A stretch of DNA of 32,000 nt, taken from contig NC_014972.1 in NCBI RefSeq assembly GCF_000186885.1, positions 1,110,001-1,142,000 of the forward strand, written 5' to 3'. The position numbers and the translations under genes are program-made. The stretch is from Desulfobulbus propionicus DSM 2032 (GTDB taxonomy: Bacteria; Desulfobacterota; Desulfobulbia; Desulfobulbales; Desulfobulbaceae). Below, in pieces: positions 1-10,024 of this stretch (position 1 is the stretch's first letter; every line of letters begins with the position of its first letter). The notes beneath the pieces were generated by a model. It did not search any database, was not told where the DNA came from, and saw only the letters and a list, made by a program, of their open reading frames with translations.

Positions 1-735
1 GTCGCAGAACCCCTGGCTCTTGCTGCGGCTGCCCGGCGCCAGCAGCTGGGCCGGCGATCCCTGCTCGACGATCACGCCGCCCTCCATGAACAGGATCTCG
101 TCGGCCAGGGTGGCGATGAGGCTGATCTGGTGGGTGGCCATGATCATGGTCATGCCCTTGGCCGCCAGGGCGCGGATGACCGCGATCACCTCGCCGATCA
201 GCTCCGGGTCCAGGGCCGAGGTCGGCTCGTCGAGCAACAGGGCCTTGGGGTCCATGGCCAGGGCGCGGGCAATGGCCACCCGCTGTTTTTGGCCGCCGCT
301 CAGCTGGGCCGGATAAAGATCGGCCTTGTCGGCCAATCCCACCTGCTCCAACTCCAACCGGGCGCGGGTTTCGGCCTCCTGTTTGCCGATTTTTTTCACC
401 TTGCGCAGGGCAATGGTGATGTTGTCCAGGGCGGTGAGGTGATCAAAGAGGTTGAATTCCTGAAAGATCATGCCCACCTCCTGGCGCAGCCGATAGAGAT
501 CGGCCTTGCGGTGCAGATCGATCCGCTCGTCGCCGAGATGAATCTCGCCCGAATCCGGATGCACCAGGCAGTTGATGCACTGCAACAGGGTGGATTTGCC
601 GCCGCCCGAGGGGCCGATCAGCACCTTGATTTCGCCCTTGCGCAGGCTCAGGCTGACGCCCTTGAGAATGCAGGTGGCGCCGAAGCATTTGGAGATGTTG
701 TCGACCCGGAGGATGGGGGTGGTGTCGGTGATCAT
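1..735 (-). CDS. Amino-acid-type ABC transporter ATP-binding protein (C-terminal end runs off the window)
   Basis: Own translation of the minus strand from ATG at 735: MITDTTPILRVDNISKCFGATCILKGVSLSLRKGEIKVLIGPSGGGKST (Walker A), LSGGQKQRVAIARAL (ABC signature), LLLDEPTSALD (Walker B). The start overlaps the permease stop (ATGA at 732-735). It is absent from the ORF track because no stop lies in the window. Confidence 0.9.
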   Translation of the reverse strand, partial: MITDTTPILRVDNISKCFGATCILKGVSLSLRKGEIKVLIGPSGGGKSTLLQCINCLVHPDSGEIHLGDERIDLHRKADLYRLRQEVGMIFQEFNLFDHLTALDNITIALRKVKKIGKQEAETRARLELEQVGLADKADLYPAQLSGGQKQRVAIARALAMDPKALLLDEPTSALDPELIGEVIAVIRALAAKGMTMIMATHQISLIATLADEILFMEGGVIVEQGSPAQLLAPGSRSKSQGFCD

Positions 736-1412
736 GGCATCGAGTGGTGGGTGTAGCCGGGGATGCGGAGCCGCTGCTCCAGTTTGCGCAGGCCCCAGAC
801 CCCGAGCCAGGTGAGGAGAAAATAGAGCAGGCCGGCGGTGAGGTAGAGGGGCAGATGCTGGTAGGTGCGCGAGGCCACAAACTGGGCGCGGGCCATGATC
901 TCCGGGGCGCCGATGACAAAGGCCAGGGCCGAATCCTTGAGGATGATCGAGTATTCGTTGGACCAGGCCGGAATCGACAGGCGCAGGACCTGCGGCAGGA
1001 TGATCGAACGGATGGTCTGGACATCGCTCATTCCCAGGGCGCTGGCGGCCCGGAACTGACCGCGCGGCAGGGAGAGGATCGCGCCCCTGAAGATGTTGGC
1101 CTGGTAGGCGCCGGTGGTCATGCCGAGCACCACGGCCACCGAGAAAAAGGCGTTCAAGGGCAGGTTCAAGTAGGTGAACAGGCCGAAATAGAAAAGAAAG
1201 AGCAGCACCAGCACCGGCACGCCGCGAAAAAACCAGACATAGAACCCGAGCAGCAGGCGCAGCAGCCGGTTGCCGTAGACCAGGCCGATCGCGATGACAA
1301 TGCCCAGCGCCAGGCCCAGCAACATGGCCAGGACAACGATACCGGCGGTGTTGATGGCCCCCGCAAGGAGATAGGGCAGGGAATCGGCGATGACGGCCAG
1401 GGAAGCGGGCAT
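732..1412 (-). CDS. Amino-acid ABC transporter permease (HisM/GlnP-like)
   Basis: 226-aa track ORF with multiple hydrophobic helices. It has the EAA-like loop region typical of polar amino-acid permeases (AASALGMSDVQTIRSIILPQ). It is translationally coupled to the ATPase gene. Confidence 0.9.
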   Translation of the reverse strand: MPASLAVIADSLPYLLAGAINTAGIVVLAMLLGLALGIVIAIGLVYGNRLLRLLLGFYVWFFRGVPVLVLLFLFYFGLFTYLNLPLNAFFSVAVVLGMTTGAYQANIFRGAILSLPRGQFRAASALGMSDVQTIRSIILPQVLRLSIPAWSNEYSIILKDSALAFVIGAPEIMARAQFVASRTYQHLPLYLTAGLLYFLLTWLGVWGLRKLEQRLRIPGYTHHSMP

Positions 1413-1549
1413 GATAGGGTCAGAGGAACAGCAAGGGTTGGCGGTGCAGGTTGCCGTGGATCGATCGGTTCAATGAAGCCGGGAGAAACCATCCGTTTCC
1501 CGGCCTGCAAACACGGCGGGCGGAGCAGCCGCTCCGCCCGCCGGAATGG

Positions 1550-2296
1550 TTATTTTTCCAGCTCGTATTTCTTTTTCAGCGCTTCCCAGTCGGGAGAAGC
1601 CATCAGCTTCTTGAGGCTGGCGTTGACCTTGTCGAGCAGCTCCTGATCGCCCTTGCGCACCGCATAGCCGAATTCCTCCTGCTCCATGCCGAAGGTGCCG
1701 AGCACCTGTACCTCCTTCTTGGCGGCGGCATCCTTGGCCGGGGCGTCATCCATGGCGGCGGCGTCGATGCGGCCGTTGAGCAGGTCCTCCACCGCCAGCG
1801 GCGAGGAGTTGTAGTAACGCAGCTCAAAGTTCCATCCCTTGGCCGCGGCCTGTTCCTTCAGCCACTTGGCCTCGGAGGTGCCCTGCTGGACGCCGAGAAT
1901 CTTCTTGCCGCTCAAGATGGCGTCGATGGTCAGCGGCGAACCCTTCTTGGTGACCATCACCTGCTTGATCACCCAGTAGGGAAGGGTGAAGTTGACCTGC
2001 TTGGCGCGGTCCGGAGTGATGCTCATGCCCGAGGCGATGATGTCGATCTTCTTGGTGAGCAGGCTGGTGATGATGCCGTCCCACTCGATTGGCTGGTGAC
2101 TGACCGCAACCCCCATGTCCTTGGCGATCCAGTTCATGGCCTCGACATCGAAGCCACTGGGCGCGCCGGTTTTGTCGATGAAGGCGAAGGGCGGGAAGTT
2201 GGCGTCGATGCCGTTGACCAGTTTGGTGGCCGCCGAGGCGGAGCCGGAGAAGAGCATCAGGGCACAGGCCAGGATGAGCAGAGCGTTGCGGAGCAT
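1550..2296 (-). CDS. Amino-acid ABC transporter periplasmic substrate-binding protein (family 3)
   Basis: Track ORF 1550..2491 trimmed to ATG at 2296, which gives a signal peptide MLRNALLILACALMLFSGSASA. The body (GIDANFPPFAF, DIIASGMSITPDR) is typical of polar amino-acid binding proteins. Same strand as the permease and ATPase genes. Confidence 0.87.
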   Translation of the reverse strand: MLRNALLILACALMLFSGSASAATKLVNGIDANFPPFAFIDKTGAPSGFDVEAMNWIAKDMGVAVSHQPIEWDGIITSLLTKKIDIIASGMSITPDRAKQVNFTLPYWVIKQVMVTKKGSPLTIDAILSGKKILGVQQGTSEAKWLKEQAAAKGWNFELRYYNSSPLAVEDLLNGRIDAAAMDDAPAKDAAAKKEVQVLGTFGMEQEEFGYAVRKGDQELLDKVNASLKKLMASPDWEALKKKYELEK

Positions 2297-2424
2297 TGAT
2301 CGTATCCTAATCACAAAAGAATTGCCTGGACGACACTTCCAGGAACATGCACCGAGTGGTACCAGGGGACCCCTCGGCACGGTTGTTGTCACCGCCGTTT
2401 GTATAGTGAAAATACCGGGGGGTG

Positions 2425-5400
2425 TCAACGGGATTTCCAGGCGGCTGCCGGTGCAGCGGCCGCGGCCGGAGGACCGGAAAGCGGCTGCCATGGCGGTTGC
2501 AGGAGCTTGCTCACCGCCTTGGCCAACGTCTGCAGGGAGTAGGGTTTTTGCAGATAGCCGCCCACTCCCAAACGCAGGGCGGCGCGGACCTCGTCGCTTT
2601 CCGAGAACCCGCTGGCGATCAAGGCCTTCTGGCCTGGATGGCGGACGATGATCCGTTCATAGGTCTGGCGGCCGTTGATGCCTGGCCCCATGAGCATGTC
2701 CAGGAGCACCAGATCCACCCGGCAGCCCTGCAGATACTCGACCGCCTCCTCGCCCGAGGCCGCGGTTGCCGTCTGGTAGCCGAGGGATTGGAGGAGCTGA
2801 CTGGCGATATCCCGTTGCAGCGGTTCGTCATCGACAATAAGGATGGTCTCTCCGTTGCCCCGCACCGCATGGGTATCCCGTTGTTCGGCAGTGCCTCCAG
2901 GGTTCTGTTCCGAGGCCGGGAAAAAGAGGGCGAAGGTCGTCCCCTGGTCGCTGCTGCTCACCATGACCGCGCCCCGGTGATCCTGGATGGTATTCCACAC
3001 CACGGCCAGACCGAGGCCGGTGCCGCTGCGGCCCATTACCTTGCGGGTATAGAAAGGCTCGAAGATGTGATCGATATCGGCCTGGGCGATACCGGAACCG
3101 GAGTCGGCCACCTCGAGCACCACGTAGCGGCCCGGCTCAACGGCGTGCCGGCGGGCCAGGTCCGGTGCCAGGACTTCGTTGCGGGTACGAATGATGATCC
3201 GGCCCGTATATTCGATGGCCTCGGCACCGTTGGTCATCAGGTTCATCAGGCTCTTTTTGACGTGGATGGGCGAACACGACAGGGGCCAGAGATCAGGGGC
3301 GTATTCGGTCTGACAGCGGACGCCGGGATGGTGGGCGAGCAGGGCCTCATGTTCCGGTGAATGCAGATATTCGTCGATCAGGGTGGTGAGCGCACACAGT
3401 TTACGCTCGCTGCTCACGCCGCGGGCCACGGTGAGCAGATCCGCCACCACCGCTGCGGCCCGCTGCCCGGACTCCTGAATGGCCAGTATCGGCTTGCGCA
3501 GCGTGCTGTCCGGGGCGAGCTGCATCAGCAGCAGATCGGGATAGCTGACAATGCCCGAGAGGATGTTGTTGAGATCATGGGCCACGCCGCCGGCCAACAG
3601 GCCAATGGCTTCCATCTTGCGGGAGCGCTGCAACTGGGCCTCCATGGCGGCCCGTTCCCGTTCGTTCTCCTTGAGTTGGGTAATGTCGTCATAGACAAAG
3701 ACCACCTCGCCGGAGGGAATCCGGTACAGGTGTCCTTGCCGCCAACGGTGGCGGTTCCCGAACTGGTAGAGCATGGGGGGGAGGACCACCGGCTCGCCGC
3801 TTTGCCAGACCTCCCGCATCCGGGCCAACAGGCCGGTGGGCTCGACGCCGGGAAAGTGTTTGACCAGGTGCTGGCCGATCAGATCTTGGCGGGGAAAGCC
3901 CTCGATCCGTTCGGCTGCGGGATTCACATCCTTGATGAGAAAGTCTTGGCCGTCCTCAATCGCCTGCAGAACCCCGACGCCGCTGCTGGTGTGCTCGAAC
4001 AGGCTGCGGTAGATCGACTCGCGCAGGGCGCTCTCTGCCTGCACCTTCTTCAGTTCGGTGAGGTCGAAATGCAGGCTGTACCGTTCGGTACGGCCTTGTG
4101 GCCCGGTCACGGCGAAATAGGAGACATGCACCGGGACCGGATCGCCATGGGCCGACCGAAACAAGGCCTCTTGCGCAGGAAGTTGCCCCGCCCCGGCAAT
4201 CCATTGCTGCAGCCGTTCACCCAGATGGAGCCGCTCTCCTTCGGGGACGATGACGTGTTCGACCTGTTTGCCCAGGGTTTCCTGGGCATTGGTGCCATAG
4301 AGTCGTTCGCAGGTCCGGTTCCAGAAAAGGATGTTCCTGTGGTCGTCAAATCCGATGATCCCCACGGTGGGCAGTTCGTTGGCGATCTGGCGGAAGCGGT
4401 GTTCGCTTTCGCGCAGTTGCAGGGTTCGCTGATCGACCTTTGCCTCCAGATCGTCGACCAACTCTCCGATCTGGGCGCTCATCAGGTTCAGCGTCCGGCC
4501 CAGCATTCCCAGTTCGTCGGCAGGTTGTTCGGCGGCCATGGTGCTCAGCCGGCCCCGCTGCATCTGGGCCGCGCACTCGGTCAACGCGGTAATCCGTTGG
4601 GTGATCTGGCCGGAGATGAAGCGGCTGATCAGCACACCGGCCCAGATCGCCACCAGCGCCACCAGGGTCAGCAGCACAGCGGCGGTCTGGAGGGTGCGGA
4701 TGATGGTGATCTGGGCCTGACCGACCTCGATGCCGGCCTGGTTGATCAGCAGTTGGGCAATCGGCTGGGCGATACCGGTCTGCAGATTGAAATCGTGGAG
4801 CTTGTTCTTGATCGCCAGATCGGTGGCCAGAATCTCCTCGCCTGTGCGCCGCAGCCTGTCAATCTTGTCTCGAACATTTCCGATCGCATCGGCGGAAAGT
4901 TGAGGGGATGCGTCCAACTGCCGGCGCAGGGCGGCCAAGGCGTTGAAGGCCGACTGCATCAGCGGTCGTTGCCGGGTGATGCGGTACTGCTGATAGTCGT
5001 CCAGGAGTTGACGGCTCAAGGCATGCAACGAGGGTGAAGAAGCGATATCGGCTCGCACCCCATGGAGCAGCTGGTCGAAGGTGGCCTCCAGTCCTCGCTC
5101 CGGAGCGGCGAGACGGGTGACCAGGTCGATGGATTCGAGCGAGGTGTCGGCAAAACGTTTGGCCAGGGCAAGGTAGAGGTTCAGGTCGACATGATGCGGT
5201 TGCAGATGCACCCCGATTTCGGACTGGGCGAGCAGCTTTTTCAGTTCGGCGCTGGCGGCAACCGCTTCGGCGATCAACCGCACCGAAGGCTGGGCAAATT
5301 GTTCGCGGGCTTCGGTCAAGCCGATGCGACTGTACTGGAGGAGAAAATCGTTGTGCAGGCGGCGAGCTTTTTCCAACAGCCGGTCCATGTTGAGCGCGGT

Positions 5401-5571
5401 GCGCTCGATGGCCACGGACGCACTGATGGTTTTCCTCGCCTGGTTGGCAAGGAACAGGGAAAACAGCCACGCGGCGAGGATCAGGACGATGAGGAAAAAG
5501 GCGGCGCCAAAGCCCAGCTTGAGTTTAAAGGCGAGGTTGGGGGCGCGTCTGCGGGCGGTGCGGCTCTTCAT
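2425..5571 (-). CDS. Hybrid sensor histidine kinase / response regulator (TM - long sensor region - TM - HAMP-like - 2x PAS-like - HisKA - HATPase - REC)
   Basis: Track ORF trimmed to ATG at 5571 (MKSRTARRR followed by a TM helix). H-box GVAHDLNNILSGI; ATPase boxes DSGSGI and GTGLGLAVV; receiver ILIVDDEP...DLVLLDMLMPG-like. The ATG overlaps the upstream stop (ATGA at 5568-5571). Confidence 0.9.
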   Translation of the reverse strand: MKSRTARRRAPNLAFKLKLGFGAAFFLIVLILAAWLFSLFLANQARKTISASVAIERTALNMDRLLEKARRLHNDFLLQYSRIGLTEAREQFAQPSVRLIAEAVAASAELKKLLAQSEIGVHLQPHHVDLNLYLALAKRFADTSLESIDLVTRLAAPERGLEATFDQLLHGVRADIASSPSLHALSRQLLDDYQQYRITRQRPLMQSAFNALAALRRQLDASPQLSADAIGNVRDKIDRLRRTGEEILATDLAIKNKLHDFNLQTGIAQPIAQLLINQAGIEVGQAQITIIRTLQTAAVLLTLVALVAIWAGVLISRFISGQITQRITALTECAAQMQRGRLSTMAAEQPADELGMLGRTLNLMSAQIGELVDDLEAKVDQRTLQLRESEHRFRQIANELPTVGIIGFDDHRNILFWNRTCERLYGTNAQETLGKQVEHVIVPEGERLHLGERLQQWIAGAGQLPAQEALFRSAHGDPVPVHVSYFAVTGPQGRTERYSLHFDLTELKKVQAESALRESIYRSLFEHTSSGVGVLQAIEDGQDFLIKDVNPAAERIEGFPRQDLIGQHLVKHFPGVEPTGLLARMREVWQSGEPVVLPPMLYQFGNRHRWRQGHLYRIPSGEVVFVYDDITQLKENERERAAMEAQLQRSRKMEAIGLLAGGVAHDLNNILSGIVSYPDLLLMQLAPDSTLRKPILAIQESGQRAAAVVADLLTVARGVSSERKLCALTTLIDEYLHSPEHEALLAHHPGVRCQTEYAPDLWPLSCSPIHVKKSLMNLMTNGAEAIEYTGRIIIRTRNEVLAPDLARRHAVEPGRYVVLEVADSGSGIAQADIDHIFEPFYTRKVMGRSGTGLGLAVVWNTIQDHRGAVMVSSSDQGTTFALFFPASEQNPGGTAEQRDTHAVRGNGETILIVDDEPLQRDIASQLLQSLGYQTATAASGEEAVEYLQGCRVDLVLLDMLMGPGINGRQTYERIIVRHPGQKALIASGFSESDEVRAALRLGVGGYLQKPYSLQTLAKAVSKLLQPPWQPLSGPPAAAAAPAAAWKSR

Positions 5572-6863
5572 GGCCGGTTGGGTCCGGTTGCCGGTGCAAC
5601 GGCCAGTTGCCGCTGGGGCGCATGGGAAAATTGAATGTTGCGCTGCAATCCCGACACCCCGGCAGCCGGGTCGTCCAGGCGGAGGACGTTGAAGACCGCG
5701 GAGGCGCAGTCGCCGAACGGATCGCAACTCAGGCTGCCGGTGACGCCGTCCACGCCGGTCATGGCGTACAGGGTGCGCCGCAACGCCTCGCGGCCCAGGA
5801 GCAGGCTGCCATCGGCCTGCCGCACGACTGCCTGTTCAATGGCGAGAAAGAGCAGGTTGGCGGCATCAAAGCCGCTCTGGTAATAACTGGCCGCGGGCTG
5901 GGCCTTGAAGGTGTCGAGATAGGTTTGCGCCAATTCTTTGCTGCGGGACGTGGCGGCCGGGCCAGGGCCGACAAAGTACATGCCCCGGGCCAGGTCGCCC
6001 ATGGCGGCGAGAAAGGAATGTTCGATCAGGGCGCCATCGCTCATCAGCACCAGGGCACCGAGCTGTGCGTGGTTGCGCGCCTGGGTGAGCAAGTGGTTGC
6101 CTTCGGGTTGAAAGAGCGGGAAAAAGAGCAGCTCTGCCTGTGATTGGCTCACGGCGTCCAGGACCGGCCCCATGTTGCTGTCCCCCTTGTTGATGGCGGT
6201 GTCGAGCACGATGGTCCCGCCCAATTTGGTGAAGGTTCGGACAAAGCCGTCCGTCAATCCGCGGGTGTAGATGTCGTTGTCATTGATGGTTGCTGCCCGG
6301 CGGATGCCGAGTGTGTGGTAGGCATAGGTGGCCGCGGTTTCACCGGAATGCTCTTCGTTGGGTGCGGTGCGGAAGTAGCCGGGCTGCCAGTTGGGCGCCC
6401 GTTCGCCGCCGATGGCGGTTAGGAAGGGGGCGCTGTTGTTGCCGGAGATCATGCTCAATCCGGCGTCGGACATGACCTTGGCGGCCGTGGCCGCGGCGCC
6501 CGAGCAGGTGGAGCCGAAAATAGCCACGGTCTGCGGATCGGCCACGACCTTGAGCGCGGCATTGGCCCCGCCCTCGCTGGTACAGCCGTCGTCCTCGGTC
6601 TGCAGGGCCACGGGATGGCCGGCCACCGTGCGTTCCCGGGCATTCAGCGCCAGCTCCAGTCCCCGAAGCTGCTCCTGCCCCAAAGCCGCGACCTTGCCGG
6701 AAAGCGCCTGGATGACCCCGATCTTGACCGGCTCCGCCGGGCCGATGACGACGCAGCCCAGGGGGTCGCTGCAGACTGGCTTGGGGGGCTCATGGTCGCA
6801 GGCGGCGAGCAGGACAGGGGAAAGGAGGAGAATAAGCAGACGGCAAAACCGAGCCAGGGGCAT
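5568..6863 (-). CDS. Periplasmic ligand-binding lipoprotein, type-I PBP fold (Leu/Ile/Val-binding-protein-like)
   Basis: Track ORF trimmed to ATG at 6863, which gives the lipobox signal MPLARFCRLLILLLSPVLLAAC. KIGVIQALSGKVAALG and FGSTCSGAA are typical of LivJ/K-type binding proteins. Coupled to the kinase gene. Confidence 0.83.
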   Translation of the reverse strand: MPLARFCRLLILLLSPVLLAACDHEPPKPVCSDPLGCVVIGPAEPVKIGVIQALSGKVAALGQEQLRGLELALNARERTVAGHPVALQTEDDGCTSEGGANAALKVVADPQTVAIFGSTCSGAAATAAKVMSDAGLSMISGNNSAPFLTAIGGERAPNWQPGYFRTAPNEEHSGETAATYAYHTLGIRRAATINDNDIYTRGLTDGFVRTFTKLGGTIVLDTAINKGDSNMGPVLDAVSQSQAELLFFPLFQPEGNHLLTQARNHAQLGALVLMSDGALIEHSFLAAMGDLARGMYFVGPGPAATSRSKELAQTYLDTFKAQPAASYYQSGFDAANLLFLAIEQAVVRQADGSLLLGREALRRTLYAMTGVDGVTGSLSCDPFGDCASAVFNVLRLDDPAAGVSGLQRNIQFSHAPQRQLAVAPATGPNRP

Positions 6864-6934
6864 GGCGAACTCCTTGAAATGGCGTGGTGCGCACTGATGT
6901 CGGCAAAGGGAAAGCAACGGCTCTTGTGAACTAG

Positions 6935-6963
6935 AGTATAGGCAAAAACAGCCGGCCAACCAA
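6935..6963 (-). promoter_or_regulatory. Possible sigma70-type promoter for the binding-protein/kinase operon
   Basis: On the minus strand, TTGGTT (6963-6958), a 17-nt spacer, then TATACT (6940-6935), about 70 nt upstream of the ATG at 6863. Motif match only. Confidence 0.25.
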
Positions 6964-7035
6964 GCACTCTTTGCCGGTCAGGAACGGGGAACGAAATGCG
7001 ACTGGACTCCGGTGACTCGGGCGCGAGGAGGAAAA

Positions 7036-8871
7036 TCAGCCCTGCCGGCGCTGTTCGAGTTCGTCCCAGCGGTCGTAGAGCTGTTCGGTCTTGGTCTGCA
7101 GTTCCTGCTGTTCTTCCCAGTAGCGGTGCAGTTGGGCCGGGTTGGCCATCACCTCCGGCGAGGCCATCAGGGCTTCCAGCTCTCCCAACCGGGCTTCGGC
7201 GGCCAGGATCCGTTCCTCCATCTGGTCGTATTCGCGCTGATCCATATAGGAGAGCTTGCCGGGCCGTGCCTTGGCCGGGGGTTTGTCCTTGACGGTAACC
7301 GGGCTCTTGGGCGTGTCCCGGCGGTCCCGTTCCTGCATCATGGTCAGCCACTGCTCGTAGTCGGCGAAATAATCCGCTCGTCCTTGGCCGTCAAAGCCGA
7401 GCACCAGGTTGCACACCCGGTCGAGGAGGAACCGGTCGTGGGTGACCAGCACCAGGGCGCCGGGAAATTCGCACAGGCTCTCTTCGAGCACGTCGAGCGA
7501 GGGAATGTCGAGATCGTTGGTCGGTTCGTCGAGCAGAAGGATGTCGGCGGGTTGGAGCATCAACCGGGCAATGAGAATCCGGGCCTGCTCGCCGCCGGAG
7601 AGACGGTAGACCGGGGTTTCCAGTTGATCGGTACGGAAGAGAAAACGCTTGGCCCAGGTGACCACGTGCACACTCTGGCCTTGATAGAGGATGCTGTCGC
7701 CGTCCGGAGCCAGGGCGCGGCGCAGGGTGACCGAGGTGTCCAACTGCTCGCGCCGCTGGTCGAAACTGACGATGCGCACCTTGTCGGCGGTGGCGATGGT
7801 GCCCTGGTCCGGTTTGAGCCCGTCTTCTCGGTCGGCGGCGGCGAGGATCCGCATCAAGGTCGATTTGCCGCTGCCGTTGCGGCCCAGCAAGCCAAGGCGC
7901 GTGCCGGGGGTGAGGGTGAGGTCAAGGCCGGAAAAGAGGGGGGATGCGTCAAACCCCTTGCGCAGGCCGGTGGCCACCAGGAGTTTCTTGGTTTTGCGCT
8001 GGGTGCCTTCAAAGACGATGCCCACCTGACCCACGGAACGGTTTCTGCTGCGGACATCGCCCAATTCTTCCTGCAACCGTCCCGCCTCTTCGATCCGATA
8101 GCGGGCCTTGGTGGCCCGAGCCTTGGGGCCCCGGCGCAGCCATTCGGTCTCGCGCCGCATCCTGTTGCTCAGCCGTTCCTCCAGGCTTTGCCGCTGGAGA
8201 AGGTACTCGGCTTTTTTATCGAGGAAATCGGCATAGGTGCCGCGCACCTGGAACGAACCCTCGGGGTAGACCGGCGCCAGTTCAATCACCCGGTTGACCG
8301 TGTTTTCCAGGAAACGGCGGTCATGGCTGACCAGGAGCACGGCGGACGGGCTTTCGGGCAGGGCGGATCCGAGAAGTTTTTCCAGCCAGAGAATGCCCTC
8401 GATGTCCAGGTGGTTGGTGGGCTCGTCCATGATCAGCACGTCCGGCCGGGTGACCAAGGCCCGGCAGACGGCCAGTCGCTTACGCCAGCCGCCGGACAGG
8501 AGGTGTACCGGTTGCTCGGGATCGGCGAATTGGGCGCGGCTGAGCAGGGCGTGCACCCGATTGTACTGCTCGGCGGCGTCGATATCGAGCGCTCGCACCG
8601 CCGCCGTGAGGTTGTCGGCGCAGCTGGCCGCTTCGTCAAACGCATCCTCTTGGGCCACATAGCTGGTGCGGATCAGTTTTTGGGTGAACACCGTGCCGCT
8701 GTCGGCCTGCTCCAGGCCGCAGAAGATCTTGAGCAGGGTCGACTTGCCCGAGCCGTTGGGACCGATCAGGCCGACCTTGTCGCCTTCGTTGATCATCAGG
8801 GTGACGCCGGAAAACAGGGTTTGGGCCCCGAAGGCCTTGGACAATCCCTGGCAGCTGAGCAATGCACACAT
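7036..8871 (-). CDS. ABC-F family ATPase (Uup-like, two ABC domains plus C-terminal coiled coil)
   Basis: Track ORF trimmed to ATG at 8871 (MCALLSCQGLSKAFG). Two Walker A motifs (GPNGSGKST, GRNGSGKST), two signatures (LSGGWRKRLAV, LSGGEQARILIA), no TM segments, and a charged helical C-terminus. Confidence 0.9.
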   Translation of the reverse strand: MCALLSCQGLSKAFGAQTLFSGVTLMINEGDKVGLIGPNGSGKSTLLKIFCGLEQADSGTVFTQKLIRTSYVAQEDAFDEAASCADNLTAAVRALDIDAAEQYNRVHALLSRAQFADPEQPVHLLSGGWRKRLAVCRALVTRPDVLIMDEPTNHLDIEGILWLEKLLGSALPESPSAVLLVSHDRRFLENTVNRVIELAPVYPEGSFQVRGTYADFLDKKAEYLLQRQSLEERLSNRMRRETEWLRRGPKARATKARYRIEEAGRLQEELGDVRSRNRSVGQVGIVFEGTQRKTKKLLVATGLRKGFDASPLFSGLDLTLTPGTRLGLLGRNGSGKSTLMRILAAADREDGLKPDQGTIATADKVRIVSFDQRREQLDTSVTLRRALAPDGDSILYQGQSVHVVTWAKRFLFRTDQLETPVYRLSGGEQARILIARLMLQPADILLLDEPTNDLDIPSLDVLEESLCEFPGALVLVTHDRFLLDRVCNLVLGFDGQGRADYFADYEQWLTMMQERDRRDTPKSPVTVKDKPPAKARPGKLSYMDQREYDQMEERILAAEARLGELEALMASPEVMANPAQLHRYWEEQQELQTKTEQLYDRWDELEQRRQG

Positions 8872-8920
8872 GGAACCGTGACCCTGCGTCGTGTGGGTGG
8901 TGAATCGTGCCGCAGACCGT

Positions 8921-10024
8921 CTAGGCGATGTCGCCGTTGACGTTGATATCGTCGGCCCTGGGGTAGGAGCCGAGCAGCTCGAAGTAGGCACAGATCTGCT
9001 TGAGGATGTTGCACGCCTCATGGATGACCGGATCCTCAATGTGGCCGATCATGTCAAGGAAGAACAGATATTTCCACTGCTTGTCCTTGGTTGGCCGCGA
9101 TTCGATCTTGGCCAGGTCGATATTCTTGGCCGAGAGGATGGTCAGGATCTCGTTGAGGGCGCCGGGACGGTTGATCAGGCCGATGAGGATCGAGGTCTTG
9201 TCGCAGCCACTCTTCTTGGGTGACTTGCGGCCGATAACCAGGAAACGGGTGGTGTTGCCCTGGTAATCCTCGATGCCGGGCACCACCACCTGCAGGCCGT
9301 AGGTGTTGATGGCCAGCGAGCTGGCGATGGCGCCGACGTTGGGGTTGTTGGCCGCCATCTGGGCGGCGGTGCCGGTGGAAAAGACTTCCAGGGTGGGGAT
9401 CTTGGGCAGGTGCTTCCGCAGCCAGTTGCGGCACTGGGCCAGCGGCTGGGAATGGGAGGCCACGGTCTGGATGTCCTCGACGTTGCCCGAGCGGTTGACG
9501 AGGTTATGGGTAATGGCCAGCTGGATCTCGCCGCAGATCTTGACCTTGTATTTCATGAAGGCGTCGAGCGAATAGGTGACCGCGCCCTCGATCGAGTTTT
9601 CCACCGGGACGATGCCATACTGGACTCGTTCCTTTTCCACCTCCTCAAAGACCTCGGCGATCGACTCCATGGGCAGGTATTCGGCGGTCTGGCCGAAGTA
9701 CTTGACACCCGCCAGGTGGGAAAAAGTCGCCTCCGGGCCGAGATAGGCCACGCTGGCCTTGCGCTGCGACAACCGGCAGGTGGTGATGATTTCGTGGAAG
9801 ATCGAGCGCAGGGCCTTGTAGGGGAAAATATCGTTGTTGTTGGTGCGCAGCCGATCGTAGATTTCCAGCTCGCGCTGCGGGTCCCATTTGGCCCGGTTGG
9901 TTTCGTTCTTCAGCAGGCCGATGGTCTTGGCGCAATCAAGCCGCTCCTTCAGCAGTTCCAGGATGGTGTCGTCGATCTGGTCAATGCGTTTCCTTACCTG
10001 CGGGATGTTCAATTTGTCGTCCAT
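8921..10024 (-). CDS. pheA: Bifunctional chorismate mutase / prephenate dehydratase (P-protein)
   Basis: 367-aa ORF. N-terminal chorismate mutase helix (RKRIDQIDDTILELLKERL), prephenate dehydratase core (VAYLGPEATFSH ... TRF), and a C-terminal ACT-like region (ESRP). Confidence 0.92.
   Translation of the reverse strand: MDDKLNIPQVRKRIDQIDDTILELLKERLDCAKTIGLLKNETNRAKWDPQRELEIYDRLRTNNNDIFPYKALRSIFHEIITTCRLSQRKASVAYLGPEATFSHLAGVKYFGQTAEYLPMESIAEVFEEVEKERVQYGIVPVENSIEGAVTYSLDAFMKYKVKICGEIQLAITHNLVNRSGNVEDIQTVASHSQPLAQCRNWLRKHLPKIPTLEVFSTGTAAQMAANNPNVGAIASSLAINTYGLQVVVPGIEDYQGNTTRFLVIGRKSPKKSGCDKTSILIGLINRPGALNEILTILSAKNIDLAKIESRPTKDKQWKYLFFLDMIGHIEDPVIHEACNILKQICAYFELLGSYPRADDINVNGDIA

Noticed and set aside
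3361-5037. 558-aa plus-strand ORF
   Set aside because: It lies entirely antisense to the well-supported histidine kinase gene. The sequence is low-complexity and rich in G/A/R/L/Q, as is typical of open antisense frames in GC-rich DNA. It has no recognisable motif.
7012-8940. 642-aa plus-strand ORF
   Set aside because: It is antisense to the ABC-F gene, which has unambiguous Walker and signature motifs. It has the same GC-rich antisense artefact character. The same reasoning applies to 130..756, 744..1646, 1451..2299, 2422..3360, 9410..10141, 11219..12073, 18195..19427, 19760..20740 and 21018..21701.
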